Assembly: GCA_002189035.1 (NCBI GenBank)
Contig: NEEC01000008.1
Location: 124,001-188,000, forward strand
Source: Utricularia gibba
Taxonomy: Eukaryota; Plantae; Magnoliophyta
Direction: 5' to 3'
DNA length: 64,000 nucleotides
Of this stretch, positions 1 to 14,048 are shown in pieces. How positions within the stretch are numbered: position 1 is the first letter of the stretch; each line of letters opens with the position of its first letter. Position numbers and translations under genes: made by a program. Under the pieces are notes generated by a model. The model ran no database searches. It was not told where the DNA came from and saw only the letters and a program-made list of their open reading frames with translations.

Positions 1-699
1 CTTCCAGATTTCTTTTGATCTCATAAGGTCTGAAATACCTTGGATGTATTTTTATTAAACTTGAATTAGTAAGTTAATTTTTCATAGGTATAGATACTTT
101 ACTTGATTTTATTTTTTAATTTATACTTTATAAAATGGTATTCCTCCTCTGCAAGTGAGGACATATCAATAAAATCACAAGGTACCATTCTCGTAATTTA
201 TTTTTAAATTTGAATCGAAAATATACCAAAATTTCACAATTTAACTGATTTTTATAGTTATTTCTTGAAAACATGGTGATCAAGATGGGTTGGATTCATA
301 GATTGGCCCATCCGATATACCCATGTAATTTGAAAGGACTTGTAGGGTTGGTTAGCCCAAGGGTGGAATCCAATGGGTCAATCCGTACATAGATACATTA
401 TAAATTCTGATCCATTGAGTTACAAGATCTATTGGGCCTAACCTATGCCCACCACTACAAGATCCATTAACTTCTACTTGTGTACAAGGTGCTACACATT
501 CAATTTGCAGAATATGCATCTCAAATCTTTGATAAAAAGCTGGTGGTCTAGGAGCAATTGGAATACCTTCTATAGATGTCGCATATGATCTTCAAGGTTC
601 TCAATTTAAGTCAAAATATCATTAATGAATACCAAAAATTGTCACTCGGTGTTGCACATAAATCATACCCATGTTATTTTTTTCAAGATGGGTCTTAGG

Positions 700-3405
700 A
701 TTTAGGGTCACATAGGCACTGTTTGATTGTAAAACAAAAGTCAGTAAGATTATGCATGTTTATAGTAGACTTTTTTAAAAAATAATTATGTCTCTTGTCT
801 TCAAATGCATGTTATTATTCTCTATACACATGTTGACGTATCATTATATCCTTACAACGACTAATTCAAAAAATTTGCATTAATATGATATGTCTATGAG
901 AGTTTCTAAATTGAAGTACATAAGAATACTTGGATTTATTTCTTCTGAAATAAATCCAAGTATCTTACCATCTTTCGCCACTTCAAAACCCAAGTTGAAA
1001 TTATTTTCAACAAAATATTAGTCTTTTGCATGGTGATGGTGGGGGTGATTATAATTTCAATGATTTCAAATATGTTCTCAAAGACAACAATATTCTGCAT
1101 CACTCTACTTGTACAGATCATTTAGTGTAAAATGGCATAGCAAAAAGAAAACATCGTCACATCTGCGATGTGGCTTTAACATTTATGTTTCGTGCTAGAA
1201 TTCTCAATTATTTGTGGACTAAAAATTTCTATGCTACAATTTATGGTATTAACTTCTTACCTACAGCCTACTGCATGGAATCTCACCTCATGCTTTACCT
1301 CATGGTCGACTCTAGCCTTTGTTGAAACTATGAATCCTCGGATTAAATATAAGGAGGTTGGTTCAGTTGATAGATACATAGCTTGGCTTGTGGCTCGGGG
1401 ATTTACTCAACAACATGGTATTGACTATGATGAAAGCTTTAGTCCAATTATCAAAATGATGATTGTTAGGATTATTTAGCAAATTGCTTTGAACAATGGT
1501 TGAAATTACATCAATTGTTTAAGACTATCTACATAAAGCAACCTATTGGCTTTGTGTAGGGAGATTCCAAAAAGTTTGTTTGCAAACTATGAAGATCCAT
1601 TTATGGTCTTTAACACACGTCCCTTAGTTGGTTTCAGACATTTCGAATTGCTCTTATCAATCTTGGTTTTATAAAGGTTGAGGCGGACATTTGCTATTTC
1701 TTTATCGAAAAGCTTATCTATTTTGTTATACTATATGTCAATGATATTATCCTTACAGGAAACTCAAATACACTCTTGAGTTGATTAAGAAGTTTTCAAT
1801 AGGCCAAATTTTGGATGACAGACATGGAAAAAATCACTTATTTTTTGGGGCTAGAAATTGATAGGTAAGAGAACACCTTTGCAATTCGACAATCAAAATA
1901 TGGTCTTGGGTTGTTACAAAAGGTGGGGATGAGCAATTGTATGGCGAGTCCTACACCTACAACTATTCTTAGTATGCTTTCCAATGAGTGTTTCTCTAAT
2001 TTCATGGATAATCTTGAGCTTTTTTGTAGTTTGACTAGTGGGTTACAATATTTAATATTGACTCGCCCAGATATTATTTTAGTGTGAACTTGTGATTACA
2101 AAATGATTTTCAAAACCAAATTAGTAACACCGATTTGTTTTGAAACAGGTTCCAAACGATCAAACTTGGAGTTTTAAAGAATGAAATATTGTTCTGAAAA
2201 ATTTTTAGAGTCTAATCTACTTTTTCAAAATTATGTTAGAAAATAGAAATAATTGATATAAATAGAAATAGATTGTAAGTATTCTAGAAAACTATAGAAA
2301 TAAGATGTAAAAAGTAGAAATAAGAAGTAAAAGTAACATACTCCTTATTTTTTCAGGAACAATTATTAGTATTATTTCAAAAGTATTTTTAATAGAATTA
2401 TTTTTACAATTGATGGTCTTCTAAAAAAAATATTTTATTTTTTGAAAAATATAAATAGGTTTCCAAAATTTTCTAGAACAATGATTAAGTAGAGATGAAA
2501 ATCAATTCTCCAAATTTAAGGCTGTTGTTGAAGGAGAGCATTGTTCAAAAATACATAGGTGAAGACAAATTGCAATTAATGCTTCGACTGATGTTGTTGA
2601 AGGAGGTTGCTGAAGGAATTTAGGGCAAGAATTTTGAAAGGATAGGTGAGAGTAGTAATGGCACACATAAAATGTTTAAAATCGAAAATCGTTCTACCAA
2701 TTTATCAGAGGGATTGAAAAATCCAGTTAACTACCCGGTTCATAATCACAGGTGTGAAGAATGTTTGCCAACACATGGAACACTTTGATACCTTAAAGCA
2801 CATCCTTCATGTTGTACGTGGTAGCTTATACAAAGGATTGACACTACCTAGGGATAAGTCACAACATCTGTGTCTAAACTCCATAGTGGCTTATTGTGAT
2901 GTCGATTGGGTTACTGATCCCATTAAGAACACTTAGTGATAGGTTTCTGCATTTATTTTGGTAGTAGTTTGATTAGATGAAAGAGCCGAAAACAACACAC
3001 TATTGCAAGATCTAGCATTGAAGCTGAGTATAGAGCCTCAACCACAATAGTCGTAGAAGTAGTTTGGATTCGGAAGTTGTTGAATTTCTTGATGAGAATC
3101 AAGGATCAAGCTCTGATCATTTGTGATGACAAGAGCGCTCTTGCTATTGCTTTGAACCCTATTTTCCATGATAAGACAAAGCACATCGAGATTGACCATC
3201 ATATTATCAGAGAAAGGTTACAAGATGGAGAGATCAAGCTTAACTACGCCAAGTCAGATGATTAAATCACTGACTTCTTCACCAAGGCTAGTCAACCATG
3301 TTTCGAATATTTAAAAGGCTAATTTCACATGTTACACCTAGCTCATTTGAGAAGGGATGTTGGAGTTAAGTAATGGCATTGCTGTAATTTTGTATAATTA
3401 CCTAA
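700..3405 (+). mobile_element. Degenerate Ty1/Copia retrotransposon 3' part: integrase, RT, RNase H, PPT and first 48 bp of the 3' LTR
   Basis: Frameshifted integrase motifs (..DGGGDY.., NGIAKRKHRHI at about 1040-1170), RT (WLVARGFTQQHGIDYDESFSP; TRPDI..VCQHM), RNase H (AYCDVDW; DDKSALAIALNPIFHDKTKHIEIDHH). Purine tract GAGAAGGGA at 3349-3357 is followed by TGTTGG at 3358. Left boundary approximate. Confidence 0.9.
2091..2750. mobile_element. Unclassified 660-bp non-coding insertion splitting the Copia RT
   Basis: Termini TGTGATTA...TAATCACA (8-bp inverted repeat). Flanks AGTGTGAACT / GGTGTGAAGA match 7/10. The Copia RT motif RPDI..VN | VCQHM resumes across it. Confidence 0.6.
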
Positions 3406-6400
3406 TGTTAAATGTCATTTTCTAGTTATTATTATGTATTATTATGTGTTTATTTAATATTAAGTTGCCCAAATTAGAAGTCTTATTTTTAAGTATTTGA
3501 TTTTAGTAGAAAATTCATTTTTTTCTATTTTGACTGAGATATGTCAGGAGGTAGTCGTAGAGTGTTGCAGGAGGTCAGACTTTGATTATTCATGCCTTGC
3601 ACGCGACTTGGAACAATTGTGGACGGAAGACTAACACTAGTCAAGGCCCCTGACTTACGGCATGTGAGAGTCTGCAGAAATGATTAGGCGTTAACTTGCA
3701 CACAAGGGAAGGCTAGTGGCGCACGCAAGACAGAAATAATGTTGAGAAGAGGACCAGAAGGAGTTAATACATGTGGGGAGTGATATAAAATCAACTTGGA
3801 ATACTTATTTACATACTTTTTGAATCTTTTGACACTTTATCTTTGTACTTAAAACTTTTGGGTTCTTCCTCTCCTCCAAGAAGAAAGAACACTTTAGCTT
3901 TCATTTTCGTTTCTGTTTTTATGGCCCTCTTGGGCTAAACTCTTTTAGTCTCTGGGAGTAGATGAAGTTTCCTTCCAAGACTTGAGCATTCCACTCGGTT
4001 CTTTATTGAACTCGTTCCGGATTTTGCATACTTCCACGCATTTTGTTGTAGTCTTTTTGTAACGACTCTTAGTCACGGTCTATGAGTAGCAGGCTACTCC
4101 TCGCGTATTTGGATGAAGAGCAAGGTGAAGAGCACCAACTCTAACCCTACCGGTTCGAGGGAAGTACCGAATTGTTTATGGCCGAGGTACCACGATAGTG
4201 GACAAATAGTGACCTTATGCCTTCTACTGGTCATTGGCAACAATTGGGCACATGTGCGCATTTCGGTTTTGAAGGCAATCGACGGCAATCCTCTTGTCTT
4301 CTCAATCGTCCAAGAGGGAATCATATGAGACTATTCTCGTGCCTCCTTGTCAATCAAAGTGTAAGGGAGAGTAGGCTATTCCTTGCTCCTATAACCAGCT
4401 ATTCAAAAGGAATCCGTGAAAATTGAGGCGAGGATAGACAAAAGAAGGAAACGGAATCTCATTCTCAGGAACTGCAGCCCTTCGTCAAGGTCCATCACTT
4501 AGGTTGTAACTTTTATTTCTGCATTTCAAAGACCTCCTTTTACAAATCTGTGACAATTTGTGAAAGTTTTCTACAAAACACTTTTCGCGAAACTCAACTC
4601 CCTGAGATCGATACTCGTACTACGCTCTTTTGTGTTTTACGTTTTACGTTTTATATATTTAAATTTTTTTTGAGGAAACGACACATAACAAATTTTTGGC
4701 GCCATTGCCGGGGAGTTGTGTAATTTTGTGTTTAGTGTTGTGTATAGTTTTTCTTTTTCTTTTCTTTTTCTTTCTTTCTTCTTGTTTTTCTTTTGTTTCC
4801 ATTTTGATGGTGTTTTTATTTGTTTTTATGCATTCAGCTCCACCGAAGGGTCACCGAAGCTTGAAATCATACCGAGAAATCTTGTGCCCCTTAGATCCGG
4901 AGATTAAGTGCACATTTCTTGTGAAAAAGAGAGAATTAACTTCCAATTCATTTACTGACGAAGAAATGTCTTCTCAACAACCTACTGGAGTCCCCACAAT
5001 GCATGGAGAATAGGAGCAACAACATCCTCAATTTTTTCCAGTTCTACCGATCACTAATCATAGCCCAGCACTAAAGACCATAAAAGAAGAAATCATCGCC
5101 AACCATGCTGACCGACCACTTTGTATCATCTTTGACGTGGAAGAGGACTTTGAGCTTCGCCCATATCTATTCTAAACACTTCCTAAGTTCGCTGGGAGAG
5201 AAAATGACGACCCAAATCCTCATCTTAGAGAGTTGCACACGGCTTGTGCATCCATGCGCGCAAAAGGTGCTACGGAGAACCAAGTCATGTTGCGGGTCTT
5301 CCCTTTTAGTCTCACTGAGTGAGCCTTGGAGTGGCTGTATAGACTACCACCATCCTCTATTGCTACCTGGGAGCAAATGGTTCAGAAGTTTCTTGATCGA
5401 TATGCGCCCCTAGGAAGAGCCTCCGTAGGAAGAAGAGCTCAAGCTACCATGCTACAAAGTGAAGGAGGGAATTTACAAGAGTATTATGACAGATTCAACC
5501 GGATCTGTAATATTTATCCACAGCATGGACTTACTGAAGTTCAAATTTTACAACATTTCTACGAAGGACTGACCCCCATGATCAGAGGATAAATGGATGC
5601 CGCTTGTAATGGGTCATTACTAGAGAACCACCACAGTGCTGATGTCCGAAGATTGATACAACAAATGGCTGCTAACTCTTATTCTACTTCCAGCTAATAT
5701 GACCACTCATACCGAGCATCTAAGGGATTTCTCAGCCTGTAAAATCAGTGCACGAAGTGGACAATTCTGAAGTTGTAGCTCAACTTCCTGCTATGAGTGA
5801 TACCTTGAAGATTGGCTTCCAATCACTTCTCCAACAACAAGGAAGGTATCAAAGATCTTCAACCTCTCATCTTTCTGATCCAGGACCTATGATACATGAG
5901 ATGCCAAAAGAAGAAGTGAACACATTTTACCATAACTAAGGAGGAGCTTACAACTACGGAAACTACCAAATGCCGAGAAGAGATCACCCTGGTTTCTGCT
6001 GGAGACAACCAGTACCTCTTAGTCAAGTCCCATCACTAGGGAACCCTTCGGCTGTTCCTCAGAAAGCTGTCACTGCTCTGCCTCAACCTTTACAAATAAC
6101 TGGAGTTCCAGATCAAACTCTAGTCCCTTATCAGCCGAATCATAATCTGGAGTCCATGGTGAAGTCCCTTTCTGAGAGCATCACCAAGATGCATGCAAAC
6201 CCAAATCACCTAGCTAGTGCAGACCATGAACCGACTGGAGACGCAAGGAGCATTGCCATCCCAACCAGTAAAGAACCCAAAGCACATCAACGCAATATCT
6301 TTGAGAAGTGGGAAGGATCTATTGGACCCTTACCCATGGTTCATGACTAAGGTGGGAAGATTCAAAAAAAAAAAGAATTAGAAGTCTTGGACAACGATGA

Positions 6401-7215
6401 TAACGTGGATGAGGAGATTATTTTAGAAAATCTTGATGGTTCTCCAGTCCGTAACACTACTGTACCGACACCACCTGAAGAAGTGAAGGAGAAGGAGACA
6501 CAAGAAGTTGATCATCCCAAATCTCTAGAAATTTCACCTCCTTGTCGTATGAGACTTCGAAGGAAGAACAAGGACAAACATGGACTGAAGGTATTCATGG
6601 AGGTGATGAAGAAGGTTAACATGTATATTCCCTTGCTGGACATGATTGATCAAGTGCTGAAATATGTGAAAATGTTGAAGGATTTGTGTGATCCCAAGAA
6701 GAAGGCAAAAGTAGAAGAGATGATTCCCTTGACTAAAAATATTTCAGCAATTATTCAGAGGAGGCTTCCACGAAAGTGTAAGGATCCAAGTATGTTTTCC
6801 ATACCTGTGACTATTGGTGAGACCAAAATTTCAGTTGTCATGTATGATTTAAAAGCATCGGTTAATGTTATGCCTAGTTCCCTTTATCTTTCTCTTGCAT
6901 CTAAGTTAGGTAAACTTGAGCCTACTAGCATTATTTGCCAATTAGCTGATAGATTACATGTGAAGTCTGATGGTAGAGTTGACGATGTGTTTGTAAATGT
7001 TAAAGATTTCATTTTTCCTACTAACTTTTTAGTTATTCCCATGGAGAGTGAAAATCCCATGATTTCGGAGTCCATCATTTTGGGACGACCATTTATGGCT
7101 ACTGTAGGCACCGAAATTGATGTCCAAGCCAGCACAATTTCCCTACAGTTCGATGGACAGGTGCTGGACTTCAGCCTGGATGCAAGAGAAATAAAAGTTA
7201 TCATTTATGGTGCTG
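3406..7215 (+). mobile_element. 3'-truncated Athila-like Ty3/Gypsy element 1: 5' LTR (3406-4690), PBS, gag, aspartic protease; no RT
   Basis: LTR TGTTAA...ACATAACA. PBS TGGCGCCATTGCCGGGGA at 4697-4714 resembles the complement of the plant tRNA-Asp 3' end used by Athila. Retrotrans_gag motifs (LEWLYRLPPSSIATWEQMVQKFLDRY; HFYEGLT) and protease region (KCKDPSMFSIPV..YDLKASVNVMP..ILGRPFMAT), with stops and frameshifts. Confidence 0.92.
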
Positions 7216-7908
7216 GCACCATCTTTTTTGAAGATTCCTTCTACTCTTGAAAAACACTATTCCTAGCTGAAACTAGTTCTAGTTTTACTACGTGAACAAT
7301 TTGCTGTTTATATTCTATTATGCATCTTATGTTGTCATTTAACTTTCAGATCATAATGTTGCTTAGGATATATTATGAAAACACTTTTTTTTCCCTTATC
7401 ATGAGTAGCTAAAGCACCTAGTGATGCCTCGGGAAAAAGGGATTTACAAGTTTGTTGTTCACTAAACCAAATTAACCAAGTATCACATTATTTCCTTACA
7501 AACCAAGATAGATCCAAGAGAGGAAAGTAGTGAAACTCACTAAACAATCCTAATTAGAGGTAGACTTAGGGAAAACAAATGTTTGGGTAGACTTAGGCCT
7601 TTGCATGTTATGTGAATGATATATGGTATAGGTGGGATTGTTGTAGCAATTTGTATGTTAACCATAGAAGTCTTAAGCCACCACTCATCTTATCTTAGGT
7701 ACAACCGGGTGCAAAAGCATGTTGTTCTTCTTTACTCTGTTTTATCGGAAATCTACCTTAGCCCTAGTTAAGACTAAATCGATCAACATGAAACTGATTA
7801 CATGCATTAATAATCACATGACAAGCAACTGCTCTTTGTATTCGATCCTAAACACTATGCTCATAATTGTATTATGTTTGAACGATGTTGTAGATTTTTT
7901 GTTTATCA
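7215..7908 (+). mobile_element. 3' part of an Athila-type LTR (family B)
   Basis: Reverse-complement homology to 34157-34880. Ends in ...TTTGTTTATCA at 7908 with no PBS after it. Confidence 0.75.
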
Positions 7909-8361
7909 AAAACAAACTTCTAAAGCTTAGTTTAACAAAAAAAGAATGCTTCCATTACAAAACTCATACCTTGAATCGAAAAAAAGTGCTTGTTAAAATT
8001 GTAAATAATGTAAACAGTGATGGTAATTTCATCCAAATTAAAATGCAACATTAGTAATGTAAGCAATAGTAAAGAAGATCAATGCCAACTACAAGTAGAA
8101 GGTTTTGAAATGAGGGATAATCAATTTAAGAAAGCTTGATACGGCTGTGACTTATGACTAAACTTTTGACTATCGTTTTGTTCATAAAATTTTAAGAAGT
8201 GAATAAAGCATAGAATGCTTTAGAATATGCTACAATTATGTATTACAAGGAGTTGATTGTCAAACGAAATATATAATCGAAAACCTAATACACACTTAAA
8301 TAATTTTGTAAATAGCATTATAAATGTAAGCAAAAAAAAAAAAAAATTAATGATGAATATT

Positions 8362-8978
8362 AAATAAGTGATTTTGTATCACTTATATTTATGCTTTTTA
8401 GTACTCACTTGGATCGATTTTGCATCCCTTTTATCTCACTTTACTTATGTTTTTAGATAAATTTATATCGTTTATATCATTTTGATCTTTTTGACTCCAT
8501 CATTATCTAAAGACCAGAATTTTAAGATCGGAGTCCAGTATATTTTGGACTCCTTTCTTTTCGTTTTTCATCAACTTTGATTGTTTAGAGTCGAGCATGC
8601 ATATGTGAGCCCTTGTGTCTAAGGATTTGCAGTGAAGCCTTGCTTGCACAAGTCCTACACATGTGACTGACTTACTATGTTCTTCAGCATTTAATTTGAG
8701 GTTTGATTCTGTTTTTCGCAACATTTTTTTTATTAACGTGATCTTTAGTACCATATAGCCCTAAGGGAGTGTGGGAGAATCAAATGTTGGCCTCAATCAC
8801 CTAAGGAGAAGGGTTCAATTGAACATCATTGGTAATACACATTCTGTCTAATCTATCTTCAAGGTGAGAGATGTAGACGTTAGATTTGGATGTGAAGAAA
8901 ACATTGGTTATCAAAGAGGTGAAATGACTTTTGTGGCATGGTTGATTCTATAATCTCACTAAATAAGAGACGGTGCTA
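8362..8978 (+). mobile_element. 5' part of an Athila-type LTR (family C), fused directly to the truncated integrase of element 2
   Basis: Clear reverse-complement similarity to 24293-25154, e.g. GGATTTGCAGTGAAGCCTTGCTTGC, TTTAGTACCATATA, CACCTAAGGAGAAGGG and GACGGTGCTA. Confidence 0.8.
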
Positions 8979-8979
8979 A

Positions 8980-11900
8980 GAAACAAAAGCTAAGAAATTA
9001 GGGCTTTAGAAGTTCCATATCTCGTGAAGATGTTGTTGCACAAGAAATTAATCATAGTCTTTGCATCATCGGTCCATGTAGGGATTGCCTCAATCCACTT
9101 GGACACATAATCAACCGCAACCAAAATGTAATTTTAACCTGCTGAAGTAGGAAATGGTCTAATAAAATCTATACCCCATACATCAAATAATTCACATACC
9201 AGGGTTCCTTGCTGAGGCATTTAGTTTCTGTTTGATAAATTTCCTACCCATTGGCATGGTTCGCAACCTTTGCAATAGGCGTAACAATCTTTAAAAATAC
9301 GTGGCCAATAAAATGCGCAGTCTAGAATTTTTCTTGCTGTTCCATTTGATCCATGGTGGCCACTAAAAGGTTCGCATAACAAGAGTCAATTGTTTTGGGA
9401 ATATCATTTTCATGAACGCACCTTCGAATGACGCCATCATTGGATCGCTTCCATAAATATGGATCATCCCATATGTAGTATTTGGCATCACTCTTAAGTT
9501 TGTTCCTCGCATGATAGTCCATTCCAGGTGGCATCACCCCTGTTGAAACAAAGTTTGCAAGATTAGCAAACCATGGTTCACGTACACTAGTCCGAACTAA
9601 GAATAGTTGTTCATCCGGAAACGTTTCAGTGATGATTCCGTCTCCTTGGTTTATCTTACTCATACAGGGCTTAGACTTCCTTCAATCCTTCTGAGATGAT
9701 CAGGCACAAGGTTCTCCTTTCCAAGTCTATCCTTTATCTCAACATCAAACTCTTGAACGAGAAGAACCCATCTAATAAGTCTCGGTTTGAAGTCTTTCTT
9801 CTCCATCAAGTGCTTCACCGTCGAATGATCAGTGTATACCATCACTTTGCTACCTAAAAGATAAGAATGAAATTTTTCCAAGGCAAAAATAATAGCAAGA
9901 AATTCCTTTTCAGTGATGGTATAATTTTTCTGGGCCTCATCCAAGGTTTTCGAAGCATAAGAGATAACATGGTGCTTTCCTTCAATTTTCTGTTACAAAC
10001 TAGCACCCACAACATGATTACTTGCATCACACATGATCTCAAAATCATATTTCGAATCAGGTGGTTGCATCACAGGTACTGTCAAAGAATTAAAAGCTTG
10101 CTTACATGAATCATCAAAATCAAAGGCAACATCATTATGCAACAACCTACGAAGAGGTAAGGCAGTTTTCGAAAATTTTTTAATAAACCTCCTATAAAAA
10201 CCAACACGTCCTAAAAATGATCTAATACCTTTCACATCAATGGGATAAGGAAGTTCAGACATAATCTCAATTTTAGCCTTATCTACTTCAATTCCTTTTT
10301 TAGAAATCACATGTCCTAAAACAATTCCATGATCCACCATAAAATGATATTTTTCAGAATTTTGAACCAAATTCTTTTCCACACATTTCTTCAAAACCTG
10401 ATCTAAATGGTCTAAGTATGACTCAAAATCTTCTCCATATACTGTAAAATCATCCATAAATATTTCAATAAAATCATCACCAAAATTAGAGAAAATACTG
10501 GTCATACACTTCTGAAATGTGGTTGGGGCATTACACAATCCGAAAGGCATCCTCCCATAAGCATAAGTTCCAAATGGGCATGTGAAAGTTGTCTTATCTT
10601 GGTCCTGCCTTGAAATAGGAACCCGATTATATCCAGAATATCCATCCAAAAAACAATAAAATGATTTTCCAGGAAATTTTTCCAACATCTGATCGATAAA
10701 AGGCAAAGGATAATGATCTTTCTTTGTCACTTCATTTAATTTTCAATAATCTATGCAATCCCACCATCCATTTCGCACCCTTTGTGGAACAAGCTCGCCT
10801 TTCTCATTTTCTACCACAGTCATCCCAATCTTCTTGGGCACAACGTGAATATGGCTCACCCATTCACTATATGTGATAGAGTAAATAATCCCTGCATCAT
10901 GAAGTTTAACAATTTCTTTTCTTACTACCTCCATCATGTTTGGGTGATGCGTCTTTGAGGATGGCGAACTAGTTTTGCACCATCCTCTAGAAAAATTTTG
11001 TGCATGCATATGGATGGGCAAATCCCCTCAATGTCATCAAGCATCCAACCTATTGCTTTCTTGTTTCTGTTCAGCACCTCGAGCAGTTGCAACTCTTGGT
11101 CTGAGCTCAGACCAGTGGAGATGATAACAGGGTTCCTAAACTCTATGTCAAGAAAAACATATTTTAAATGATTAGGCAATGGTTTCAATTCAGCTAACCT
11201 CTTTTCTTGAGTCTTGGCTTGCACCATATTTAATTGCTCGAATTTTTCTTCAACTTCCAAGTTTGCAAATAGAGATTCTTCATGAGCCTCTGCTTTTTCT
11301 TTAATTTCTTTCTTCAAGCGCTCCTCAATGTGTCCATCCATGACATCCACAACACAAATGCTCTCAAAATCATTGGGGTAATTCTTGACATCCTTAATGT
11401 CCAGTTTGATTTTGTCTTCATCAAAAGAAAGCTCAATGTCTCCCATTTTCACGTTGATTATAGTATTTGTAGTGCTCAAAAATGGTCTTCCTAAGATAAT
11501 TGTTGTGTCTTTTGATCCTCTAGTGGGCATGTTCACCACATAAAAATTAGCTGGGAATACAAGATGCTCAATTTTCATTAAAACATCCTCAACCAAGCCT
11601 TTGGGAGAAATCACTCTCCTATCAGCCAGCTCAATTTGTACACCCGATGCTTGCAAAGGTCGCAACCTAAGTGTCTCATAAACAGAATTTGGCATGACAT
11701 TTATAGAAGCTCCCAGGTATGCCATAGCTCTCCTGATGCACAAATCTCCTATTTTGCATGGGATAAAAAACGTACCCGGATCCTTACGCTTCTCAGGTAA
11801 TTTCCATGTTAAAAGTGTTGAGCAACTTTCACTCAATTTCACCTTCCTCTTCTCTTTCAACTTCGGTTTAGACATGCATAGCTGCTTCAAATATTTGACA

Positions 11901-14048
11901 ATCATTGGCACAAGATCAATATACTCCAAAAGAGTTAAATTCAATTGAGTGTTCCCAAATGCTTTGAACATTTTTTCCTTCTTAGTTTGCTCTTCTTTAA
12001 GCTTAAGCCTTCCTGGAAAGGGAGGCTGGGTCACCTTCACCATGACAGGTTCTGGGAGTACTTCAATTTCGTCCTCATTTTGCACAACAACTTCATACTC
12101 CTCTGTCTCGTTCTCCTTAGTCTTAGTCTAGACTAGTTTTCATCCAGGCTTCTCTTTTCCGCTCCTCAGTGTCATTAAGCTGATGTTCAACCCTCTACTG
12201 GAATTTGGGTTTGGCTTAGGTTGAGATGGCAAGCTCCCTTTTTGCTTCAGGCCTCCAAGGTCTGCTGTTAACTGACTCACTTGAACCTCCAAATTCAAGA
12301 ATGCTTTTGATTTTCAGCTTGATTCTTGATTGATTGCGCTATGAATGTCTTCAACATTTCTTCCAATGAATTTCCAAAATTCCCTCCAGCATTGCCTTGA
12401 TTTGAGGCTTGAAATGACTGCTGGTTCTATTGGTTTTGCCTTCGAAATGGAGGCACCTAATAAGATCTTTGCTCCTGAAAACTTTGCTGCCCCATTGTTG
12501 AGCTCTCCCCTTTGTAAGAATTTTCGTTGTTGCTCCAATGAAAATTTGGATGATCCCTCCAGCCTAGGTTATAAGTATTTGAATATGGATCATATTTCTT
12601 CCTTTGCAGGGGCTCCAAATATCCCATAGCCTAGACAACCTCTTCTTCAAATAAATCTAAGCATTTGTCTGCAACATGCCTTATTCTGTGACAGTTACCG
12701 CATGACATGTCCTTAGGTTGGAATAAGAACAGCTCCTTCAGTAAGTCCATGTTGTGGATAAGTATTACAGATCCGGTTGAATCTGTCATAATACTCCTGT
12801 AAATTCTGGCCTTCACTTTATAGCATGGTAGCTAAAGCACTTCTTCCCGGGGAGGCTCTTCCTAGGGGCGCATATCGATAAAGAAATTTCTGAACCATTT
12901 GCTCCCAGGTAGCAATAGAGGATGGTGGTTGTCCATATAGCCACTCCAAGGCTCACTCAGTGAGACTGAAAGGGAAGACCCGCAGCATGATTTAGTTCTC
13001 CGTAGCACCTTTTGGGCACATGGATGCACAAGCCGTGTGCAACTCTCTAAGATGACGATTTGGGTCGTCATTTTCTCTCCCACCGAACTTAGGAAGGGTC
13101 TGGAAAAGTTACAGGCGAAGCTCAAAGTCCTCTTCCGCATCAAAGATGATACAAAAATGGTTGGTCAGCATGGCTGGCGGTGATTTCTTCTTTTATGGTC
13201 CTTAGTGTTGGGTCAAGATTAGTGATCGGCAGTACTGGAAAAAATTGCGGGTGCTGTTGCTCCTGTTCTCCATGCATTGTGGGCACTCCAATAGGTGGTT
13301 GAGCAGCCATTTCTTCGTCAGTAGATGAACTAGAAATTAATTCTCTCTTTTTCGCCAGAATTGTGCGCTCAATCTCTAGATCTAAAGGGCACAAGATGTC
13401 TCGGTATGATCTCAAGCATCGGTGACCCTTTGGTGGAGCTGAATGCATAAAAACAGAGAAAAACAGCAGCAAAACAGAAATGAAAGAAAAACAAGAAGAA
13501 AGAAAGAAAAAGAAAAGGAAAAGAAAAACTATACACAACACTAAACACAAAAATACACAACTCCCCGGCAACGGCGTAAAAAATTTGTTGCGTGTCATTT
13601 CCTCAACAAATTTTAAATATTTAAAACGTAAAACACCAAAAAGCGTAGTACAAGTATTGATCTTAAGGAGTTGTTTTTCGTGAAAAGTGTTTTGTAAGAA
13701 ACTTCTACGAAATGTCATGGTTTTGCAAAAGGGGGTTTTTAAGATGCAGAAATAAAAGTTACAACCTAAGTGATGGGCCTTGACTATGGGACGTAGTTCT
13801 TGGGAATAAGATTCCATCTCCTTCCTTTGTCTGTCCTTGCCTCGGTTTTCACTGATTTCTTCCGAATAGTTGGTTATAGGAGCAAGGAATAACCTACTCT
13901 CCCTTACACTTTTATTGACAAGGAAGCACGAGAATAGCCTCATGTGATTCCCCCTTTGACGATTAGGAAGACAAGAGGATTGCCTTCGATTGCCTTCAAA
14001 ACTGAATTGCGCGCGTGTGCCCAGCTGTTGTCAATGGCCAGTGGTAGG
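8980..14048 (-). mobile_element. Athila-like Ty3/Gypsy element 2: partial 5' LTR (13586-14048), PBS, gag, protease, RT, RNase H, N-terminal integrase; pseudogenised
   Basis: ORFs 10934-12085 (KDPGTFFIPC..YLGASINVMP), 9993-10730 (YPLPFIDQML..LDGYSGY..MPFGLCNAP..IFMDDF), 9660-9944 ([19 protein letters not shown]) and 9322-9663 (PWFANLANF). PBS (reverse complement) at 13562-13579. Same LTR family as 3406-4690. Confidence 0.95.

Noticed and set aside
280-480. Possible hAT-type MITE with GGGTT/CCCA-rich repeats
   Set aside because: No TIR pair or TSD could be located.
4696-5013. Hydrophobic ORFs MAPLPGSC.. (also within 13140-13943)
   Set aside because: They are translations of the PBS and T-rich leader of the Athila elements, not genes.
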